Below, piece by piece: positions 58,503 through 64,000 of a stretch of 64,000 nt of DNA. Both the position numbers and the translations under genes were made by a program. The notes under the pieces are model-generated. The model was not told the DNA's origin and did no database searches. It saw only the letters and a list, made by a program, of their open reading frames with translations. Source of the stretch: an uncultured Candidatus Saccharibacteria bacterium (lineage in GTDB: Bacteria > Patescibacteriota > Minisyncoccia > Phycocordibacterales > PALSA-1337); assembly GCA_964459225.1 (NCBI GenBank), contig CAYWKB010000001.1:354777-418776 (forward strand), in the 5' to 3' direction. The stretch's first letter is position 1, and every line of letters starts with the position of its first letter.

Positions 58503-60392
58503 TTATATTGTGAGTAATACTGGAATAACTATTGGGCGCTTTGCTGTTTTTTGTAATAGGAATTTACTAATATTATCTGAAATATTACTCTTAATAAAAT
58601 CTACATTGATAGGATTCATTCCTCTTGTTGAATCTTCAATTGTATTTTTAATTATTATTCTTGCATTGTGTAATAGTTCTTGCGATTCTCTTAGATAAAC
58701 GAAACCACGAGATATAATATCTGGAGATTTCTTAAGCTTTCCTGTCTGTGAATTAATTATTGCAAAAACAATAAATATTCCGTCTTGTGCAAGCATTTGT
58801 CTATCTCTTATAACTACATCCTGTATATCTCCAACTGAAAATCCATCAACCATAACTATACCTGATGGTGCTTTTTCTTTTATTTTTACTATTTTTTCTC
58901 CTCCATTTTGTATTTCAACGATTGATCCATTGTCTGGAATTATTATCTGATCTTCGGTTAAACCATTTGCTTCGTGGGCAATATCTCCGTGAACTCTAAG
59001 CATATAATGATATCCGTGAACAGGCATAAAGAACTTAGGCTTAATCTTTTTATGTATCCAAGCAGTTTCATCTCTATTTGCGTGACCAGATGAGTGAACA
59101 TCGGCAATACGATAGTGAATAATATTTGCACCTTGTCTTGAAAGATTATCTTTTAGCTTTTGTACCGCTCTTTCATTTCCAGGAACAATAGATGATGAAA
59201 GTAATATTGTATCTCTCTTATTAATCTTTATGTATTTATGTGTCTTATTAGACATACGCATCATTGCGGCAAATTCGTCACCCTGCGCTCCCGTTGCAAG
59301 CACAACTATTTTATCTGGTGCGTAATTATCGATTTCCTCAACTGAAATTATTGTGTCTTTTTTAGGTTTCAATAGACCAAGATTTCTACAAATTTCTATA
59401 TTTGTTTTCATGCTTCTACCCTCAACTACGACTTTTTTGCCGTATTTTTCAGAGTAATCAATTATTTTAAGCATTCTTTCAAGTAGGGAAGCAAAAGTTG
59501 CAATAATCAATCTACCTTTTGTGTTCTTGATTATTTCTTCAATATTTTTATGAACTGTTTTTTCTGGAATTGAAAAGCCTGGGTTTTCAACATTTGTTGA
59601 ATCAGCCATAAGTAGTAAAACCTTTTCATTTTTAAATACTCTATCGTATTCTGCTTCTTCATCATCTGTTGGTATGCCGTTTTCATGATCAAGCTTAAGG
59701 TCTCCTGTATGTACTATTGAGCCATGCGGAGTTTGTATAACTATTCCCATAGCATCAGGTATAGTATGTGTAACTGCAAAAAACTTTACCTTTAAATTTC
59801 CAAGTGTGATTGATTCATCCTTTTCAACAATTTTAATATCAAGAGGCGGAACATGTGAAAATTCTTCCTGGCGCTTTTTGATCATAACGGCAGTTAGCAT
59901 TCTAGTATAAAGTGGGGGATTGCCTATTCTTGGCATAACATAAGGTATTCCTCCTATGTGATCAAGGTGACCGTGAGTTATTATAACTGCTCTTATTTTA
60001 TCTTTTCTTTCTTCAAGGTATTTTGTATTTGGAAGTATATAGTCTATTCCTGGTGTATTTTCATCTTTAAACTGAAAACCAATATCAATAACGATTATAT
60101 CGTTACCGTATTCAATCATAGTCATGTTTTTACCGATTTCCTCCACACCTCCTAATGGAATAATTCTTATTGAATTTTCCTGTAGAGCTGGAACAGTATC
60201 CTCAACTTTTTTATGTACCTGTGTAGCCTCTGGTGGTCGTGACGGTCTCATTCCATGTGATCTACCTCCCCCAGTTCTCCTCATATCTCTTTGAGTATGT
60301 CTTTGTGCTGGCCTTCCTGTTGTGGGTGTGGCCGTCGTAACTGTCCCTTGTGCTCTTTCAATTGCTCCTTCTAATTTTTTTTCTGTGTTCAT
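58503..60392 (-). CDS. rnj: Ribonuclease J (metallo-beta-lactamase/beta-CASP) with Arg/Thr/Gly-rich N-terminal extension
   Basis: VIITHGHLDHIGG and beta-CASP motifs. The N-terminal ~60 aa (RPAQRHTQRDMRRTGGGRSHGMRPSRPP) are encoded by a locally GC-rich patch. Confidence 0.85.
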   Translation of the reverse strand: MNTEKKLEGAIERAQGTVTTATPTTGRPAQRHTQRDMRRTGGGRSHGMRPSRPPEATQVHKKVEDTVPALQENSIRIIPLGGVEEIGKNMTMIEYGNDIIVIDIGFQFKDENTPGIDYILPNTKYLEERKDKIRAVIITHGHLDHIGGIPYVMPRIGNPPLYTRMLTAVMIKKRQEEFSHVPPLDIKIVEKDESITLGNLKVKFFAVTHTIPDAMGIVIQTPHGSIVHTGDLKLDHENGIPTDDEEAEYDRVFKNEKVLLLMADSTNVENPGFSIPEKTVHKNIEEIIKNTKGRLIIATFASLLERMLKIIDYSEKYGKKVVVEGRSMKTNIEICRNLGLLKPKKDTIISVEEIDNYAPDKIVVLATGAQGDEFAAMMRMSNKTHKYIKINKRDTILLSSSIVPGNERAVQKLKDNLSRQGANIIHYRIADVHSSGHANRDETAWIHKKIKPKFFMPVHGYHYMLRVHGDIAHEANGLTEDQIIIPDNGSIVEIQNGGEKIVKIKEKAPSGIVMVDGFSVGDIQDVVIRDRQMLAQDGIFIVFAIINSQTGKLKKSPDIISRGFVYLRESQELLHNARIIIKNTIEDSTRGMNPINVDFIKSNISDNISKFLLQKTAKRPIVIPVLLTI

Positions 60393-60404
60393 TTTTTTTA
60401 TTAA

Positions 60405-62147
60405 TTATTTTTTAAATATTTTCCATATATTACTTGTCTCTATATACCATTTACTGATTCCATAAAATCTGTCCGATGTATTTGTTATATTGTTTATACT
60501 GATTCCGTTTACTCTGTTTGTTGCTAAATACATATATTCTGGTGAGTAAATAAATACTGCGGGCATGTCTTCTTTTATGATTTTTTCAAATGTGTCATAT
60601 AATGCTGTCCTCTTTTTCTCATCAATATTTGTTCTTGCTTCCTCAAGTATTTTGTCTACTTTACTATTTACATACATTGGAATATTTAATCCGGGATAAT
60701 TTTTCTGTGATGAATGCCAAAATGCATAGAGGTCAAGATTTTTACCTATTGCCTCACCGAATAGTAATGCATCATACTTTCTTGTTTTTATAATATTTTG
60801 TGACAAATCACCGTATTCAAATACCTTTATATTTACTTTTGCGCCCAACATTTCCCAACGTGACTTTATGATTTCAGCAATTTGTTTTAAATCCTCTGCA
60901 TCTGTTGTAGAAATTGAAAAATCCAGTACTTGATTTGCAACATTCTTTTTGTCACTCTTTTTTTCTAAGATCCCATCCTTATTTATTGCCCAACCCGCCT
61001 TTCTTAATAGTTCTTTGGCAACTTCAATATCTGAATCACTAGATTTGTATTTTGGTGAATTAGAATCAGGTGGCAATGGTCCATCAATACTTATTCCGTA
61101 TCCATAAAGCACTTTATTTATTATTTCATCTCTATCAATTACGAGATTTAGTGCAAGTCTAACTTCTTTGTTTGCAAGAACAGGTGAATTGTTTTGATTA
61201 AAAAATACTCCAAATATTCTAGGTAATGGACTGTGTAAAATATTTACATCTTTTGAAGTTGAAGCTATTGATGACGCTTCCTTAGGTGAAACACCTGCAA
61301 AATTATCAATTTCACTTGAATTATATGCATCAAGAGTTAATTTTTCATTTGAATAAAATTTTATATTTACATTTGAAATAAAAGGTTCACCGTTATAATA
61401 TTTTTTAAAAGCAGTCAAAAGATATTGTGAAGGTATGCCACTTTTATCTTTTTCAATACTTTTGATTTTGTATGGTCCTGATCCAATTGGTTCAAGATTG
61501 TACTTACTAAATACAAATTGATCTGTATCAAGATTTTTCCAAATATGCTTAGGTAGTATTCCTATTGTATTGTTTGATAAGAAAGGGGTATATGGTTGCT
61601 TAAGTATAAACTGAATTTCTTTTTCACTTACCTTTTTGATTGTTACGCCAGCCCAATCAGTCTTTTTTGGACTTTTGATTGTACTATCCTGGATTTTTTG
61701 AATTGTAAATTCTATATCTTCGGTAGTTAAATCAACGCCGTCATGAAATCTCATATTGTCTTTAAGTATAAAGTCATAAACTAAACCATCTTCAGAAATT
61801 GTATATGATTTTGCTATATCATTAACTAAATTTCCATTTTCATACTTCAATAATCCAGAATATAAAAGTGTTGTAAGGTCTCTATCAGCATCAGTAAAGG
61901 CCAAGACAGGGTTAATAGTCCTTGGTAATCCAATAACACCTTCACTAAATGACCCACCATGTGAAGGTGTTTCAATCATAAATATTTTACTTGCTTTATA
62001 CAGTAAATTTAGTGAGGAAAGTATAAGTACAATACAAAGTAATGCAAATAAAACCTTTTCTGTTGCGTCAAAAGATTTGATTATTGATAGTAATTTTTCA
62101 CTACCTTTTATTCTTAACTCACCTTTAAATTCGTTGTCTGTGTTCAC
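60405..62147 (-). CDS. ABC transporter solute-binding protein, family 5 (oligopeptide/dipeptide-binding-like), membrane anchored
   Basis: N-terminal TM anchor and SBP_bac_5-like length and motifs (e.g. DLTTLLYSGLLKY..., NIKVFEYGDL...). Confidence 0.6.
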   Translation of the reverse strand: MNTDNEFKGELRIKGSEKLLSIIKSFDATEKVLFALLCIVLILSSLNLLYKASKIFMIETPSHGGSFSEGVIGLPRTINPVLAFTDADRDLTTLLYSGLLKYENGNLVNDIAKSYTISEDGLVYDFILKDNMRFHDGVDLTTEDIEFTIQKIQDSTIKSPKKTDWAGVTIKKVSEKEIQFILKQPYTPFLSNNTIGILPKHIWKNLDTDQFVFSKYNLEPIGSGPYKIKSIEKDKSGIPSQYLLTAFKKYYNGEPFISNVNIKFYSNEKLTLDAYNSSEIDNFAGVSPKEASSIASTSKDVNILHSPLPRIFGVFFNQNNSPVLANKEVRLALNLVIDRDEIINKVLYGYGISIDGPLPPDSNSPKYKSSDSDIEVAKELLRKAGWAINKDGILEKKSDKKNVANQVLDFSISTTDAEDLKQIAEIIKSRWEMLGAKVNIKVFEYGDLSQNIIKTRKYDALLFGEAIGKNLDLYAFWHSSQKNYPGLNIPMYVNSKVDKILEEARTNIDEKKRTALYDTFEKIIKEDMPAVFIYSPEYMYLATNRVNGISINNITNTSDRFYGISKWYIETSNIWKIFKK

Positions 62148-62189
62148 AATATTATACGCTCTTTAAAACTAGCGTTATTAAATAATAAA

Positions 62190-62420
62190 TTAAATTAGCC
62201 CAACAAGTGCTGAAATAGCAAAAAGAATTGCAATGATTATTGTTATAATGAAGAGTGTCTTTTCGAATCCACGTCTAGTGTGAAAAGCTGAACTAAAGTT
62301 ATCACTACCACCAAAAGCTCCACCGATTTGAGCTCCAGTACGCTGAAGAAGTATTGCGGTCATTAGAATAACTGCAAGTACGATCTGTATATAAGGTAGT
62401 ATTGAGACTATAGTCTTCAT
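62190..62420 (-). CDS. secG: Preprotein translocase subunit SecG
   Basis: LLQRTGAQIGGAFGGS, with two TM helices. 76 aa. Confidence 0.8.
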   Translation of the reverse strand: MKTIVSILPYIQIVLAVILMTAILLQRTGAQIGGAFGGSDNFSSAFHTRRGFEKTLFIITIIIAILFAISALVGLI

Positions 62421-62540
62421 TGCCGAGTACTATATCATAGGGTATTTGTGAATGCAAGACAATATTTATTTGTCAACTTGTAACTACTCTGCGTTTATAT
62501 ATAATATCGTTACTAATTATTATTAATTCAATATACTAAT

Positions 62541-62867
62541 ATGCCAAAAAAAGAAAATTCAAAAGAAATAAAGAGAGAAATAATTCCGCTTAGAGATAGG
62601 GTATTGGTTAAGGAAGTTAAATCAGAAAAAGAAAAAAAGACAGAATCAGGAATAATCATTCCAGTAACAGTAAGCGATGATAAAACAAATAAAATAGCTA
62701 CAGTAATAAATGTTGGTTCAGGTAATGTCGGTAGTGATGGAAAAGATATACCAATAAAGGTCAAAAAGGGAGATAAGGTAGTATTTCAATGGGGAGATAA
62801 AATAATCATTGATGAAGAAGAGTATTATATAGTTAAAGAAAGTGAGATTTTAGCAATAATTAATTAA
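62541..62867 (+). CDS. groES: Co-chaperonin GroES
   Basis: IIPLRDRVLVKEV...VVFQWGDKIIIDEEEYYIV. A promoter-like TTGTCA...TATATAAT lies upstream at ~62485-62520. Confidence 0.85.
   Translation: MPKKENSKEIKREIIPLRDRVLVKEVKSEKEKKTESGIIIPVTVSDDKTNKIATVINVGSGNVGSDGKDIPIKVKKGDKVVFQWGDKIIIDEEEYYIVKESEILAIIN

Positions 62868-64000
<1,133 letters not shown>

Noticed and set aside
58486-58698. 70-aa + strand ORF at the RNase J 3' region
   Set aside because: It overlaps the C-terminus of the rnj coding sequence on the opposite strand and has no RBS or recognisable domain.

Overview
The window is a 64 kb stretch of a very AT-rich bacterial chromosome (GC roughly 30% by eye). Its gene content and streamlined operons resemble the Candidate Phyla Radiation (CPR) / Patescibacteria; this is an inference, not a database hit.

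Gene order across the window:
- 5' housekeeping block: rnhB (5' partial), rpmF, nusB fused to a NUDIX-like domain, rnc, and an unusually short SMC with no recognisable hinge.
- A ~1.5 kb compositionally atypical island with three orphan small genes and a structured intergenic RNA candidate.
- rnr on the minus strand.
- rpsP, khpA and trmD, with no rimM or rplS and with an internal terminator.
- A CapA-like gene and a DUF1761 membrane protein.
- A tiny basic ORF, an ABC-F ATPase, rpsA on the minus strand, and a stand-alone VirD4/TraD-like ATPase with a Pro/Thr-repeat tail.
- A ~35 kb glycan-biosynthesis supercluster (16.1-50.9 kb), described below.
- An orphan OmpR-type response regulator, a DedA-PAP2 fusion, gpmI, eno, a PMT-family protein O-mannosyltransferase, an MFS transporter, RNase J, a solute-binding protein, secG, and groES-groEL (3' partial).

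The glycan supercluster contains:
- about 18 glycosyltransferase candidates, including GT4, GT2, a GT11 fucosyltransferase, a GT47 exostosin-like enzyme and a GT-C membrane transferase;
- 8 SAM-dependent methyltransferases, two of them FkbM-type;
- a GtrA / GT-C / GtrB(Dpm1)-like triad with domain fusions;
- a GMC oxidoreductase, two SDR epimerase/dehydratases and a cytidylyltransferase;
- a PglK/MsbA-type ABC exporter and a Wzy_C-TPR ligase or O-oligosaccharyltransferase candidate.

No rRNA, tRNA, CRISPR array or transposase was recognised. The most unusual features are the hyper-methylated, ABC-transporter-dependent glycosylation system with two candidate protein O-glycosylation routes, the DedA-PAP2 fusion, the hinge-less mini-SMC, the NusB-Nudix fusion, and the atypical island at 4.66-6.18 kb.
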